The position numbers were made by a program, and so were the translations under genes. A stretch of 58,616 bases of DNA, counting the filler, from Dugesia japonica (lineage: Eukaryota): the NCBI GenBank assembly GCA_001938525.1. It is 6 parts of 6 records of this genome, joined end to end, with 100 filler letters (N's around TTAATTAATTAA, not from the genome) between each part and the next. Parts side by side here need not be neighbours in the genome. Positions count along the whole stretch, not along the records: positions 36,916 to 49,091 come from MQRL01567072.1; positions 49,192 to 58,616 come from MQRL01498029.1; 4 more parts are not named here. One strand, given 5' to 3'. Below are positions 37,777 to 52,198 of this stretch, piece by piece. The notes beneath the pieces are model-generated. The model worked only from the letters and a program-made list of their open reading frames with translations. It did not search any database and was not told the DNA's origin. Within the stretch, counting starts at the first letter, position 1. Each line of letters opens with the position of its first letter.

Positions 37777-38311
37777 TGTTAAATGAGTTTGGAGTACTCA
37801 TCGGATAATTAATGTCAAAACTAGTTTCCATAAACGATTTATTCACAAAACAAAACTATATCCATCACTATTTGTTTATTGGAACAAATTAAAACTCTAT
37901 GTTTTAATTGGAAATCATATTTCAATAAATTAAAATTTTAGATAAAATTTTTACTTATATATATGAAATTTTCATTTAAAATATTTCCGAACATTTTAAA
38001 TAAAATAATCATTTGTCATTAAATTCTCATTTAAATTCTGTCTGAAATTTCAAATAAAATAATCATTTGTTATTAAAATTTCATTTAAAATATTTCAGTA
38101 ATTTGAAATAAAATTGTCATTTCTAATAATCTAGAATAAATTGTGTATAAAAATATTTAAATTAATCTTTAAATTATTCATATTTTTTGTACGAAAAATT
38201 TAATTTAATATTTACTTTTTTCTTATTTGATTTCTGACTTTCAATTTTTCAAAAAAAACATTTTAAGAAAATGATCAAAAAATTCAACTCGCTTTTCAAA
38301 ACATACTCACA
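37777..38311 (-). mobile_element. Solo LTR (Gypsy), ~535 bp
   Basis: Minus strand reads TGTGAGTATG...CTCATTTAACA, homologous to the LTRs at 41037 and 42012. Flanks GAGGT/GAGAT form a 4/5 TSD. Confidence 0.8.
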
Positions 38312-39029
38312 GAGATAAATATAGAAGTAGATAAAAAATTAATAAACATTTNNNNNNNNNNNNNNNNNNNNNNNNNNNNNNNNNNNNNNAAAGGGTGGAA
38401 AGAAGCAAAAAAGAAATGGGACAGAATAATTCATCAATCCAGTAAAACCACTGAAACAGTTAAACAATTAATTATTGAACAAAACTATTGAAGAAATTAG
38501 AAAATAAAGAAATTAGTATTTCCTACGAAAATAAAACAAAAATAAAATTTAGTACTTTTGGAAACAGAATTATCGTCTCAGTGTAAAATCATATTAATAA
38601 GAAATTGAATCATTAATAATAAGAAATAATTTATTTGGAAAATAATTATTTGACTTCGTCAAATGATGAACGTCAAAGACGCGGTTAAAAAGAATCAAAG
38701 GAAATCCCGAACAAACGAATTGGGAGATATTCGAATATTTTCAACAAGTTAAAAACCTTTTTACAGCTCAGGTAAAAAGGATTGAAAATATCAGCTTATC
38801 AGAATGTTTCATGTGTATGGATAATGATATGGGAATAGAAAATAAGTTATTTTTTTCGAAAAATATTTTTTTAAAAAAGGCATTAGATTAATATTTAAAA
38901 AATCTATTAGATGTTGAAAATCATTGCAAATAAACAGTTTTAAAGATCGAGAAAATACAGAACAAGAAAGTTCTAATGTTATTACATAAGAAAAGTACAT
39001 AAAATTTGTTAGAACTCCAAAAAAATAAA

Positions 39030-39225
39030 TTTTGCAACAGCTAACGACAATTGTGAACCAGCTCGTGAATTTGGTGTCAATGAAAAGTAAATAATGGAAA
39101 AAGAAATAAATTAAATATTCCCCAAATTTTATTCTTATTAGGTCGGCTAATATGCGAGCCATTTATTTTGGACAGTATTTTAAACCAAATTTGGGGGATC
39201 GGCTTATATGCGAGTATATACGGTA
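39030..39225 (+). mobile_element. pogo/Tc2-like remnant and 3' terminus
   Basis: FATANDNCEPAREFGVNEK (Brinker-type HTH-like), then TCGGCT(A/T)ATATGCGAG twice, ending TATATACGG|TA. Confidence 0.6.
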
Positions 39226-41036
39226 AGTGGATTTAAAATATCAACTACGCAGAATGCACCTTGAAAATGTAAGCCACTTCGAAGCCAATATAAGTTTGAA
39301 AAATGTGCTACTGAAACAATCTTGTATATAATATATCAACAACTGCAAAGAATGTTTATTTAAAGCATGCTATAAATCTTTGGAGTTCACTTGCGCGCTG
39401 ATTATGAATCTATACTGGTTTCTTACAAAGTTGCTGTCAAAATTTGGTTGAATGCGATCTTAAATGTTGAACCTAGTTATTGATAATAATAATTTTCTGA
39501 ATAAAACATAAATATAATTAAATATAAAATATAATCGAGCTTACAAATAGTCGAAAATTCTTTAACTATTGATAAAAAAGAGTGCTGCAAATATTTTGAT
39601 AAATAAAAGTCGATTAGTAAAAGTTAATAAGTTGAATAGAACACTCTTGAATTATGAAAGTGAATATTTTGACATGTTAAATTTTGGCGAATTTTATTTA
39701 TTGGGTAGATGCTAGTAATTTTTTATTATTTCTGATATCCTAAAAAATTTTGTTTTCAGTTTTAGAATAAAACTAAACCTTGTGTAAATTTTGTATTATA
39801 ATTTAACAAAAATTTTAACATGTCGTTTTTAAATTATTTTTTTCAAATTAATTTTGGTAAAGTAATTTTGAATAATTATATCAAAACTTTTTCAACAAAT
39901 CACTTTTTGAATGTTTCATATATTACAATGAAATGAAAATTGCTAATCAAATTTTAATTATTATTAATGAAACCGGAAAACATTAAATAACTTTTAAAGA
40001 TGAAATAGAAATGTTAAATAGCCGTTGTTTAAATTCTTTAAAATTAATTTCGATTAAAAGTAATATGTACATTATTCATAAAATCTTTTTATTTAAAAAT
40101 ATTTAAATTTTAGATGAAAATTTAGTACTTATTAATTATCAATCATTCATTATTTGGCTTTAATTTCCTGGGTGGGTAAATCGACTTAAGTCGATATTAT
40201 TTTTTGTTTAACACGTTCAAAGGGTAAATAAAATCATTTAGCATTAGCATTTAAAAGCTGATTTTTGAAATTAGTAAAATAGCAAACGTAATTTTTTATT
40301 TTTTTGTTAGTTTAAAATTTTGCAATTATTTCCATAACTGAAATAAATTTGGTAAATATCTATATCAAATTAAAAATTTTAGTTTTAAGAAAATAATTTT
40401 TCTTAACATTTAGAAGTGAGTTCTTCCATGATTTATTTATTTTATGTAGGACAGTATAATAGTAGAAACCGACTAATTTATAGACTCTTTTAAATCAATT
40501 TTCGAAATGGTACGGACGATCTGATTTGAAATCAAACATCACCTTGAATTCCTTATTTCAACAATTTCTGTTAATGAAATATTAGGGCTATTGAAAATTT
40601 TTTCAAATAAAGATAATTCATGATTTTATAAAATATTTAATTAATCCTAATAATGTTTTAGTTTTTCAATAAATATTAAAGTTTTTATTTTACTACAGAA
40701 ATTACTAGAGACCAACACTTTATCAATAAAGTTTATTTTACTTTGTATGAAAGCAACAAAAACCGCCAACTAATATAAATGTCATCTGTATATGTGTGGA
40801 ATGAATCAAGGGATTAATTTTATCAAATATACTGCTGGATATTAGTTTTAAGACGTGGGCAACTGTGAGCTAGTATTAGGCTCATTGGAATCTCGCAAAC
40901 ACATTATTTTTTATAAAAATTTGATTACATATTTAAGAAAATTTATATTTTTATAAAAATTCATTTATATTTATTAATAAATATAATTTTACATTAAATT
41001 GACATTTTAATAATTCTGCGTTTAAAATGTGATGTC

Positions 41037-42425
41037 TGTGAGTATGTTTTGAAAAGCGAGTTAAAATTTTTTGTGGTTGGTGATCATTATTCATTAAATC
41101 TTTTTATTTAAAAATATTTAAATTTTTGATGAAAATTTTAGTATTTGTTTTTAAATTTCATATGACGAATTAATAATAGAGTAAAAATGTTGTGTAAAAT
41201 TTAATATTTGAAAAATGATCACCAATTAAAACATGAGATTATAATTTGTTTGAATAAACAAATAGGGTTGAATAAAGTTTGGTTTTGTGAATAAATTTTA
41301 TATTAAAATGAATTTTGACATTCTAATTGCTTTTTTCGAATAATCTTTAATAAACTGGCGATGGTAATTGCAAATTCCAAAAAGCTTCTCATCTTTCTAA
41401 CGCATTTTGTTTTACCAAAATCCTTATTTGCTTCTATTTTTGTTAAATCTGTTTTGACCTCTTCGTTACTGATAACGTGTCCCAAATATTTGATCTCGTT
41501 TTGCAGGAATTGACATTTTTAGATTGGCAATTTTAATTTGGTGGACAACAAGAAATTAGAGTTAATNGTGGAAGAACATTTGAGTTTAATTTTTAAATCA
41601 ATATTTAAATCAATTAAAGATTTTGCAGCCGAACATTGAATTACCCTCAGGTTTTTGAGTCCGTATCATCATAACACAAATGGACAAATCGAGAGGCAGT
41701 TTAGAACTATGTGACATATAATAAATGCGACACCTAAAGAAAGGAAAACCTCAGATTGGGCTGATGTATTGCCGGAGATAGAATTTACCTTGAATGCTAC
41801 AAAATAGAAGACCACCGGAAAAATCCTGCTGAAATAGTATTTGGAAGTGATGAGGTCTTAGTGAAAGTTGAAACAATCAACAAGAAGCAAGATCATTTTG
41901 AAGGACCCTATAAGATCAAAGGAAAGGTTCACGACAGATGTTACATCCTGAAGATACTAACGGACAAAGTCTCGAAAGAAAGAAGATCAAAAAAATGTTT
42001 AAAATGGGAGATCTGAGTATATTTTTAAAAGCGAGCTGGGATTTTTGATGGTTGGTTATTTAACATAAAATCTTTTTATTTAAAAATGTTTAAATTGTAG
42101 ATGAAAATTTAAACATCGTATGAGTTTTTTTTAAAAATGCGATTGAAATTTTAAATAACGTTTGAGTATTTGTTTTAAAATTGTGAATGAAAATTTAAAT
42201 AACGTATGAGTGTTTGTTTTAAAATTTCAAATGATAATTTAATATTAAAGTAAAAATTTCGTGTAAAATTTAATATTTGATAAATGATCACCAATTAAAA
42301 CATGAGATTTTAATTTGTTTGAATAAACAAATAGTGTTGAATATAGTTTTGTTTTTTGAATAAATTTTCTATGGAATTGAGTTTTGACATTAATGATCCG
42401 ACGAGTATTTCAAACTCATCTAACA
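41037..42425 (+). mobile_element. Rearranged Gypsy element: partial LTR, inverted RT piece, integrase remnant, PPT, LTR
   Basis: LTRs start at 41037 and 42012. Minus-strand CQFLQNEIKYLGHVIS lies at 41303-41520. The plus strand has SPYHHNTNGQIERQFRT and EGPYKI, and a purine tract precedes 42012. Confidence 0.85.
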
Positions 42426-43460
42426 GTATCTTTCAATTTTTTGATATAAAAAACATGCTTTGAAACTTGAATCATCTGTATACGGTTAATTAAAGGTATT
42501 TGCTAATATTATTTTAAATTAGATATTTATTGCGGTGTAATCAGAGCCAAAAATTTACAATTAAAAATATATTCTTATGGGTTTGGCAAGTTTACAAATT
42601 ATACTGTTTGAAATACATTTTAACGCTTAGAACTTTTTAGGAACTAAAACGAATTTAAAATTATTTTAATTTAAATATTGTTACATAAAATTGTTTTATG
42701 AAAAAATTTTGTAAATATTTTTAAAGCTTTATTATAAATTTAAAATATTGATAATAATTTTTCGATAAAATATATTTATAAATCTTTGTAAAAATTTTAA
42801 TCTAAAATTTTTTGAAGCTGTTACAATATTTATTGACTATTCGAATTAAAGGAAAACAAAATTTTTCATAATCAACTGGTTAAAATTAAAACTTTTATAA
42901 AAGACTTTAAAAATAGTGCTTTATAGATCTTAAAATATGGAAATCAACTAAAAATTGGAAAAAAACCTATACATAGAGAAAATAAAATAGGTAAAGTTAC
43001 CAAAATCTTTTTTGACAATTAAAATTATTAGGAAATTTAATTCCCAATGGAACATTTCATTGGGAAATACATATTATACTATTCCCTTACATAAAGACTC
43101 GTGGGAGAAAACAGTATTTTCCACGGTTTGTATTGTTTCACAAGAATGATATAACAGCAGTTTCAGAAACGTTTCCAGAATTAATAAGAAAGGCTTTAGG
43201 GACGTTGAAATATTTAAAAGATTTGGAATGGCACTAGAATATTGCCTAAATTTTAAAAAGGATTCAAGAATAAGATTGAGAAAAAAACTCATTTGTTACG
43301 AAAAAGTAAAAAGAACAAACATGAAGTTAGAACTAGTTAAAACATTGTCATCTATCTTAATAATTAAATAATTATAATCAAATACTAAAATTATTTATTT
43401 AATTAAACGTCCGCTCGTTATACGTATTGTTCAAAAGTCCCTCTTTCTAAATTTTCATAA

Positions 43461-45420
43461 CTCACCCCTCCTTGAAAACGACTTACATCTTTTTAGCCAC
43501 TCTATTCTCCTGGTTTTCAAACCATTTGAATGCTTGATTTAAACTTTGGCGTGCTAACTCTAATCTCACTATATGATATGGTTTTTTATACTGAAAATCA
43601 TTATTTTTCCATTTTGTGGTTCTACTTGCTCGAATGACAACTCTCCCTCTTTTTAATATCTTTGTCCATAGTTTTGCCCCTCTTTCTCTTAAAATCCATC
43701 ATTTTATCTGCTGCATCATCCAAAGTTTGTCTCACTTTTCTGTTTAGCTTGTCATATCTTCGAGATTGTTACTTCACTGGCATGAAAATTTATCTTCCGA
43801 TCAAATACGATTTTGAATGGTGAGAATTTGGTGGACCCTTGACCTATTGCGTTATCGCTGAATTCTACTCTTGACAAAAGAGTGTTCCAATTTTTCTTGA
43901 TACATTTTCCTTTCAGTGATGTCGTAATCATATCGTACGAATCATCCGTTCTACCAAACATTTCGACTGATGCTGATATCGGTATCAAAACTCCTGCCTT
44001 ATTCAAAGTTCTCTAATTTCTTTGCTATAACATGGCTCCTGAACACCATTCCACTATTTGTAAGGAAATTACTCGGTTTGCCAAAACGATGTATTCATGA
44101 GTTCAAAATTATTCCAAAAAAGGTTTCTGAAATGATTTTCAAAACTGCTGATAAGCTATCTAATTTACAATCATATATTTCCTTTCCGACCTGCCCTGTT
44201 CAATATGTGCTATATCCATTACAATTTGTTTTAAATATTCTGGAACTATAGCTTGTTTTATCTGACAAAGCTTCATTCGTTTTTTTCCAGCTGCGCTCAT
44301 TGCATGTCCTAGAAACACCAATTCATTTTGATAAAAATTAAATTCATGTGTTTATTCTCAAGTGAGAGACCATAAGCTCGCAGAAAATTATCTCTAACAT
44401 ATCATTATGATCTACTATAAATATTCCGTGCACCAATTTATCGTCCGAATTTACAATAACCCTTTTAAAAACCAATACTTCAATTATGTCGTGCATCACT
44501 TTCTGGAATGTAGTCGGCGCTGTAGCTAATCCGAACTGCATCTTATTGAACCTCAACTAACCTTCTTTTGTACTAAATGCAGTGACATCCCTTGATATCT
44601 CCACCAAATCCACCTGGTGATATGCTTGTCCCAGATCTATGAATGAAAAGATTTTAGAGCCTAATATTACAGTTTTACCACATTTATTAATAAACTTGTA
44701 CATTCAGGGTTGATGACGGATGGAATTATTCTTTCAAGGGCATTGATATTATCTGTTTTCATGGCCTCCTCAACAAAAACTTTGTGTCTCGTGAAATCTC
44801 TCCTCCTGGGGTTCTGGAATCTCCAAGCTCCTGTTAAAATAGTATCTTGATATGTATTTTATTGATAATCTGAATTCCTTCCTCGTTTATGTTCTATTTT
44901 CCGTCATCAAAATTTTGCAATTCTCTCATATAACCTTTCTCAATTTTATGGCTTTCATACTCTCACTGTTCCTAATGCGATAATTACTTGTTAGAAAATA
45001 ACTCGCATGTAGTCTCTGTACACTCCATTTGACATGATTTCTGTTAAACTTCACTGTGTGAGCATAACTCGTCTTTTGTATCAAGCAAACATCTTCATTA
45101 CCAGCCACTCGTTGATAACATTCTTTATCTTCGTAAATTTTTGCGACAGATCTCACCTCAGTGATGTTAATATCTAGACGCGTCGTCAGTGCTTCTCTAA
45201 AATTCTTATTCTTTAATTTCCTTGACAGTACATCATTAACAATTTTATTCGTCATCAACCCTGAATTCACAACCTTATTAATCAAATTTTTTACACGAAT
45301 CTCAAAGGTTGCAAGTCTTTTGTCAGTTTTCTGCCTAACCATTGATAGTACCAAAATCAGCTCCGAAAAATGATTTTTTAAACTTATAACGTATTCATAA
45401 ACCATCTCTTTGCATCATCC
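43461..45420 (-). mobile_element. Deleted Gypsy element (gag, RT, integrase, PPT)
   Basis: Gag-like ORF 44926-45405, then FIDLGQAYHQ and RFNKMQFGLATAPTTFQ, then integrase FSPFKIVF. The PPT AAGGAGGGGTGAG is at 43461-43473. Confidence 0.85.
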
Positions 45421-46689
45421 GTCGTGACTCCATCACATTCGTAATATTTCTACTAAAATTCAGCTTCATCTGACCATAAAAAATAAATGTTACCCAAAAT
45501 ACACATATCAAACAAAATATGATAGTTTCAAGATTTTTAGTATTGCGTCAATGTACATATTAATGTAAATATAATTTAAAATATATCGAGTATGAATAAA
45601 TTAGTGTCATCACTGTAAGGAAAAGTTAAAAGGGTTTAAGTTTTACTGTAAGTCTATTAAGGAAATTGTAATCGTAAAAAATAAAAAAAAAATTATTTTG
45701 AATTTTGTTACTTCGAGATAGATCACATTGAAATACTATATATTGTTGTTGATAGCACATTGATACGCCAGTTATTATTTAGAATATATCGCCATAACAA
45801 TTAAATTAATAATTGCAAGTAAATAAAGATGTTAGAAGACTGTTTAATTACAATGATATTTATTGATGACAATCTAGAAAAGGAGGAATAAATATATATG
45901 CAACTATGATTCGAGCAATCAACCTTAATCAGCAAACAAACAATGACCTGTTATGTAACATGATATATATAATAACTCACAGTCAAACATTAATTATGCA
46001 ACATACAATTTTAATAGTGACTTATAATAATTATAAAATATCCTTTCAAACCACACAAATTATTATGGTTTATTGTACATGGANGTGTCACTTGATTATT
46101 ATTCTGAAAATTATTTCACTGTTGAGAGACAAATATGAAGATTTTGATTTACCTGTAGTATTTGAAAAGTTGTAGGTCTGACAGATCTAAATTATTTTGA
46201 AGTGAAAAGTGCTTTTGATAGTCTTTATCATGCACATCAGGTATTCTCATGTTGAAGTCGCCAAAGCTGTTTTAAAGACTTATGAACAAGGCTCTCGATT
46301 AAATCTTGTAGATAAACTATAAACATTTTCTTCACATCGAATTTTATTTTTGTCTTTTTTNTTATTATTTTAAGTAAAACTTGAAGCATTTATACTTCGT
46401 AATTAATGATAAATTTTAAAAAATAAATACTTATTTTTTAGTTGGTACATGGAATAAGATTGATAATTTAAAATGATAAAACCTCTAAAATAGAAAGAAA
46501 TACTAAGTTCAAAAGTGTTTAAACCAGCAAAACAATTATGCAAACCTTTGAAAAAACTACACTTATGAAATGTGGAAAAATAAGGCCCGGTCAAGAAATT
46601 TCAACATGACCAAAACATACTTAAACCTCTAAAATCATATGCATACACAACTCTTATCGTTTTATTAATTATTGAGATATATTATTAAA

Positions 46690-46934
46690 ACGTTGGCAGC
46701 CGATTACAAGTTAACTCGTATGTCGAAGCTGGTTTTTTAGTGTCATTATGTTGTGGAATGTTTCTTTCTTTGTCTACAAAAACCAACAACAATATAACTC
46801 ATGTAATCAAGAAAGCAATTAGAAATTATCTGTATTCAATATATTACCAATAAATGTTTTATATTACAATTAATTATATAAAATCATTTGGCGTGGATGT
46901 TTTTGAAAATGTCGCGCTGCAGCGAACGTGTTAA
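46690..46934 (+). mobile_element. Possible piggyBac-like terminus
   Basis: Ends GCAGCGAACGTG|TTAA. Confidence 0.35.
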
Positions 46935-47364
46935 TTTGTGATATCTAAAGCATTCTTCGAAAATTTGAATAAATACTTGTCAGTAATATAGAATAGACGA
47001 AAATTACAATTTATTAAAAAATACACAAAGACTAACAATGTTCAAATCAAAAAATTTACATATTAATAGATAATTCTTTAAATAATCAAACAAAAATAAT
47101 GCACATAATAAAAATTATCTAAGATTTTCATAACATCATTAATTTTGATCAAGTAAATATACAAAATATATAACGAAAGAGAATTATAAAATTTTAAAAG
47201 AAAAGCAACAAAATGATTCAATAATTGATTGTTTTATTTAGACATTTTAATAATAATTCGATTGAAACAATTTAGGTGAGATAAAGCGAATTGCCATTAT
47301 TGTTTTCTTTCGGAAATGTAAATATTATAGTGACACTTGATTCAGAATTGAATAGCTAATTGCT

Positions 47365-47517
47365 TTATGCCACATAATCATTTCCAGGCGGATAGCTTTT
47401 AGGATTGGGTAGATGTCCTGGTGATCGATTGTCATGGCGAGTAGGAGACCACATGGCAGAATGAGATGGTGGAGACATACATGACTCAGTGACATCGTGT
47501 CCTCGACGATTATTAAT
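47365..47517 (-). CDS. Probable terminal exon of an unidentified gene (Ser/Pro-rich tail)
   Basis: TTTAG|INNRRGHDVTESCMSPPSHSAMWSPTRHDNRSPGHLPNPKSYPPGNDYVA*. A GC-richer island with a good acceptor site. Confidence 0.5.
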   Translation of the reverse strand: MNNRRGHDVTESCMSPPSHSAMWSPTRHDNRSPGHLPNPKSYPPGNDYVA

Positions 47518-48407
47518 CTAAAGATAAAATTAGGCATTCAATAAAAATTTATATGCGCACAACTTTATAATTGTTTGAACATTACTATCAATATTTATTA
47601 TGCATATCATTCAAGTGAAAGTAATATGAGTAAATTTCGTTATCAAAAATAAATAATTTTTGAAAAGAATTAATTTATAACTAATTTGAAAATATGAAAT
47701 GCAAAATTTGCAAATTTTTTCAAGTTAATAGTTGGTGGTGATTTTACTAACGACTTAATATATTGTAATCTAAGGCGAACTAAATCTAATTCCTTAAAAT
47801 AAATTTGAAATCCTCTTATTAATAAACATTTAGTTCTGGATTAAAATATAACCAATAACAATCTGTGCTAAATTCACTAAACCACAATTTTTACAATAAT
47901 ATTTTAAAATAATTATTTTATTACCAAATACCTAGTGAAAAATTGTTTGCATAAATCCGTTTTCTCTTTTTTTCCATTCTTATAATTTTATTCGTATAGT
48001 TTGATTTGAATTTAAAATGTTAAAAACTACATTGCTAAACATTGAGAATATGATGAGTTTGATTGGAAAACAGGTTTGTTATCACACAGTTACTAAATAA
48101 AGATTGAATTCAAATACTATAGGATTATAGCTGACTTATAGTAAATAATAAATCAAGTGGACATATTTTTAATATTTAATAACATGGATAAATTTACGTA
48201 AAATTTCAAAAAAATAATAATGAATGAAATATTCAGTGCAACTAATTATTACATCATATAACTGAAATATGAAGTAATATAAACATGAATTAAATTAAGT
48301 ATTGTAATGTATAATAATATGATAATAATTTAATACAATAAAAACTGCATATAACAATTACCAATGTTTATTGTGATTATACAGTATTAAGTAGATATAT
48401 GTATGTT

Positions 48408-48563
48408 ATAATAATAATAATAATAATAATAATAATNNNNNNNNNNNNNNNNNNNNNNNNNNNNNNNNNNNNNNNNNNNNNNNNNNNNNNNNNNNNNNNN
48501 NNNNNNNNNNNNNNNNNNNNNNNNNNNNNNNNNNNNNNNNNNNNNNNATTATTATTATTATTA
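48408..48563. repeat. (AAT)n / (ATT)n microsatellite around a gap
   Basis: ATAATA.. before the Ns and ATTATT.. after them. Confidence 0.85.
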
Positions 48564-49091
48564 GTTAAATTGAGAACTTCAATTAACCATAATTTTACTC
48601 AATATCACAATTGTTTTATTAAAGTTAAAAAGATGCAAGAATAATTCATATTATTTAAACAAATAACCCATATCAGAGAATATAAAATTTATATTTAAAA
48701 ATATAAACTTTCTTTTTAAAACAAAAAAAATACACAAAGGATATATTTTAATAATCTTTCAAAATAAGTTTATAATTTTTCAAAAAAATTTTTCAGTTAA
48801 TTTTTCAAATAATTTTTTACTATTTTTACAAATCAGTGATATAAATATTTCAAAATACTACTACTATAATTTAAAAGATATTTTTATTCCAAATAATTTT
48901 TTACAATACAAAATTTAAAAATTATTTAAACCAAATTAAATTTTCAAAAAAAATTTTCGACAAAAAATGTCTTCTAGTTTAAAATATCTTATAGACTCTA
49001 TTTAATGTAAAATATTGTAAATAATTTTTTAAAATATTTCAAGAATTTTAATATAATACTATATAACATATACCAAATTATTTAAATTAAA

Positions 49092-49191
49092 NNNNNNNNN
49101 NNNNNNNNNNNNNNNNNNNNNNNNNNNNNNNNNNNTTAATTAATTAANNNNNNNNNNNNNNNNNNNNNNNNNNNNNNNNNNNNNNNNNNNN
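49092..49191. other. Artificial contig-joining spacer
   Basis: 44N-TTAATTAATTAA-44N. Confidence 0.97.
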
Positions 49192-50013
49192 CCTTTAGTA
49201 ATTCATTCTGTTTTTCAAGCAATTTTTCCAAAACTCTTTCTAAATGAGCACAATAGATGTCGGGGGTTAATATTTCTTTCATTTTTAGAAACTTGTGATG
49301 AATAATTCTTTCACAAGTCTACGAAATACACAGTAATAGCTTTTTTTAGAATAGGACAGCCTTGTGGCTACTGATTTGTAGGATTTTATACACTNATGTT
49401 TTCTGTTAGGATTTAAATTCATTATCCACTTTTCGTTTCAAATCAAAATTCTGTCGAAGAAGGGCTCAATTTATAGCTGATTAAAATGAGAAGTGCATAT
49501 TGTCAATCGTTGGAATCTATTCTCTGGTGTCAAGTCATGTATATCCCATTTGCTTAATTTCCATCTCTTTCCAATTTGATTGTATTTTCGTTGACATTAA
49601 ATGTCAAACTAAGTTCCTGAAATATCAGACTGTTTTGATTGTCTTTGTTCATTGAAAATGATTTCTCAAATCTAGGTGCATCTTACAGACTTTCATCACC
49701 TGAAATAAACTTTTCGAACCAATTACGAGCAGTTCTTTTCTTTACTGGCTCTTTTCCAAATGCAAAACAAATCTTTTGGTAGGTTTCTGTGACATTAGAC
49801 CCAAGGTTAAATTCATATGATAAGCAGATTTGAATGATTGATTTTAACTTATAAAAAATTTCAAATATGAAATTATAATATTTTAAATATAAAAAATTAT
49901 TATTGATTTAAGGTAATATATTATAACAAATTGTTTTCTTAAGAAAAAAATATTAAATTATTTAATGAAATGTAAATTTGAAAAATCGGCAATAACTTAT
50001 TTGTATACTTAAT
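49192..50013 (-). mobile_element. Degenerate mariner (5' half)
   Basis: ERTARNWFEKFISGDESL*DAPR. A TIR-like CGGCAATAACTTATTTGTATACTTAATA is at ~49987-50014. Confidence 0.75.
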
Positions 50014-50551
50014 ATTTCCTGTGTTTATAATCTCTTATTTAGGTGCGAAGATACAAACTGAAAATGACAATCTTTCATTAATGTTTTTATCCCAGAATTG
50101 GGATGGGGGATCTATGATGATGAATTCCTTTGAACGAGAATCCAGCAAAGATCTAGGAACAGTGATAATGAGAATTTTAGTTGATAAACAAATCAGTTCG
50201 GATTTAGGATCACTATTGTTAAAAAGAGGTCAAAACATTTTGGAAAATATGTGGGCAGAAAAAATGAACGATTTAATTTCGGCATTGATTTTCTTGATGC
50301 ATTTGTAAATTTTAATATTTTTTGTTTAGAATTTTTTGGTTGGTAGTTTCTCTTGTGGGAATATTGGGCAATTCGATATTAACCCTCTTTATAATGATGA
50401 CAATGAATTGGTGTCAGCTATTTTCAATTACAGTCAAATTCCATTGTCGTTAGTGTTAGTATTTAAATTATTTTGAACTTTTATAGATGGGTAAATTCTC
50501 TTATTGATATAATTTAATCTGTAATTAATTAATATAATCCAGAAAGTTATT

Positions 50552-51112
50552 TTGCATAATTTGCTACCCAAGTTTGGCTGTCGAATGCGAATTCACGTGG
50601 ACTGTGGACGGTCTTTCGAATCAAAGGCAATGGACGAATTTTCCAAGAGATGGAACGTAGAATTATGTTTTTTGAGCCCGTACCACCATTATACGGATGG
50701 ACAAATCGAGAGACAGTTCAGGACAGTACGGGATTTGTTAAATGCAACATTAGAAGACAGAAAGAGTACAGATTGGNNNNNNNNNNNNCCAGAAATAGAA
50801 TTTGCATTAAATTCGACGTGGCAAAAATCTATAAATACCAGTCCAGCGGAATTTATCTTTGGGAAAAAAATAGCAAGGGAAATTTGGAACCAACAAGTAG
50901 CAGAGAAGACGTCAACAAAGACGACAACCAAAAGAACTTTCGAAGATGGAGAGGAAGTGTTAGTAAGAAGCGAAAGCAGGAACAAAGACCAGGAGCGTTT
51001 TGAGGGGCCTTACCAGGTAGTAAAAAAAGTACACGATCGAAGATACTTATTGAAGAGAGATGACGGGAGACGAATAGAAAAGTTAAAGAAATTTTTTCGA
51101 AGGGGGATATGA
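50552..51112 (+). mobile_element. Gypsy integrase C-terminal part followed by PPT (same family as 41580-42000)
   Basis: RIHVDCGRSFES, SPYHHYTDGQIERQFRT, SPAEFIFG and FEGPYQV. The PPT GAAGGGGGA is at 51099-51107. Confidence 0.9.
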
Positions 51113-51382
51113 GATATTATTTAAAATTGAAAATCAGAATTAAAATAAATGATATTAAATTAATGTTTAATATCGTTGTTTTAATATTCAGTTTTTCAGA
51201 TTAGTTTAATTTTTGAATTAATATATTTTATGAATTTGTCTTCGGATTTTAATCAAGTTAACATGTAGATTTATTGTATCTATTGTAATTAACTAAAAGA
51301 AATACTTTCACACAAAAATATCTTCACTTTTATCGTATTTTCTTAATAATTTAATTCAAATTAATTTACATTAAAAATATTT

Positions 51383-51780
51383 TAACACATTTATGACCGC
51401 ATACCCATCGATGGGTCACCCCTCTACAACAATACCAGCCCGTGTGCTCATGGGTGGGCACACGACATGTTTTACTTGGGGGCCGTTTTTACACCAGTGT
51501 GCATGATTTAAATACAATTTATGTACAGAAGCCGATTCGCCGGTCCCTCGAAGAGATACTGTATATAATAATGTCTATTTCAAATTATTGCACACTAAAA
51601 AAATATTTTAAAAAATAATATACTTAATTCACAATGAACAAAATGCCGATCCATATGCGAGAAATACGATATTTCAGTGCGGTCTTCAACGTGCTAGAGA
51701 AAAATTTCAAATGCATAACAATTAACGTTGTCTTAATCTATTCTCACATCCGTGTCTTTAAGAGTATTTGTGATCTTCTC
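51383..51780 (+). mobile_element. Possible piggyBac-like left end
   Basis: TTAA|CACATTTATGACCG followed by the palindrome ACCCATCGATGGGT. Confidence 0.35.
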
Positions 51781-51789
51781 GACGTTTCC

Positions 51790-52180
51790 TTCAAAGCTTT
51801 TCTGGAATGTACCGTCTGTTATGAATTTTCCCTTTTATCTTTTATAGTCCTTCAAATCAGTTCTGATTCTTATTTCTTGTCTCAACGTTTAATAAAACCT
51901 TTTCACCATTCCTGAATTGTCTCTTAGTAGTTATTTCTTTATCTGACTCTTTGTATATCTACCCTGTACCATTTTCCTCTACTTGTCTTTTTCACATATG
52001 ATTTCCAATGGACTCTTCCGGATTTTTTTTATTGTGGCGTTCAAATTGAATTCTATCTCGGGTAACACGTTCGCCCAATTCGAGATTTGCCTTTCTTTAA
52101 GTGTAGCATTAATCATGTAATGCATAATTCAGAACTTCCTCATAATTTTTCCATTTGTCTTACGTAGGTATGAGCATCAA
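51790..52180 (-). mobile_element. Gypsy integrase fragment
   Basis: MINATLKERQISNWANVLPEIEFNLNAT and SPLEII. Confidence 0.7.
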
Positions 52181-52198
52181 TTATATTTAAATATTTCT

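Noticed and set aside
9524-49191. Regularly recurring TTAATTAATTAA within N runs as a biological repeat or CRISPR-like array
   Set aside because: It is a fixed 100-bp synthetic linker with six-frame stops that marks contig joins.
50021-50453. GPCR TM1-like LVGILGNSIL joined to ORF 50021-50308
   Set aside because: It needs a 25-nt intron and hits a stop soon after. It is more likely the antisense of a decayed retroelement ORF.
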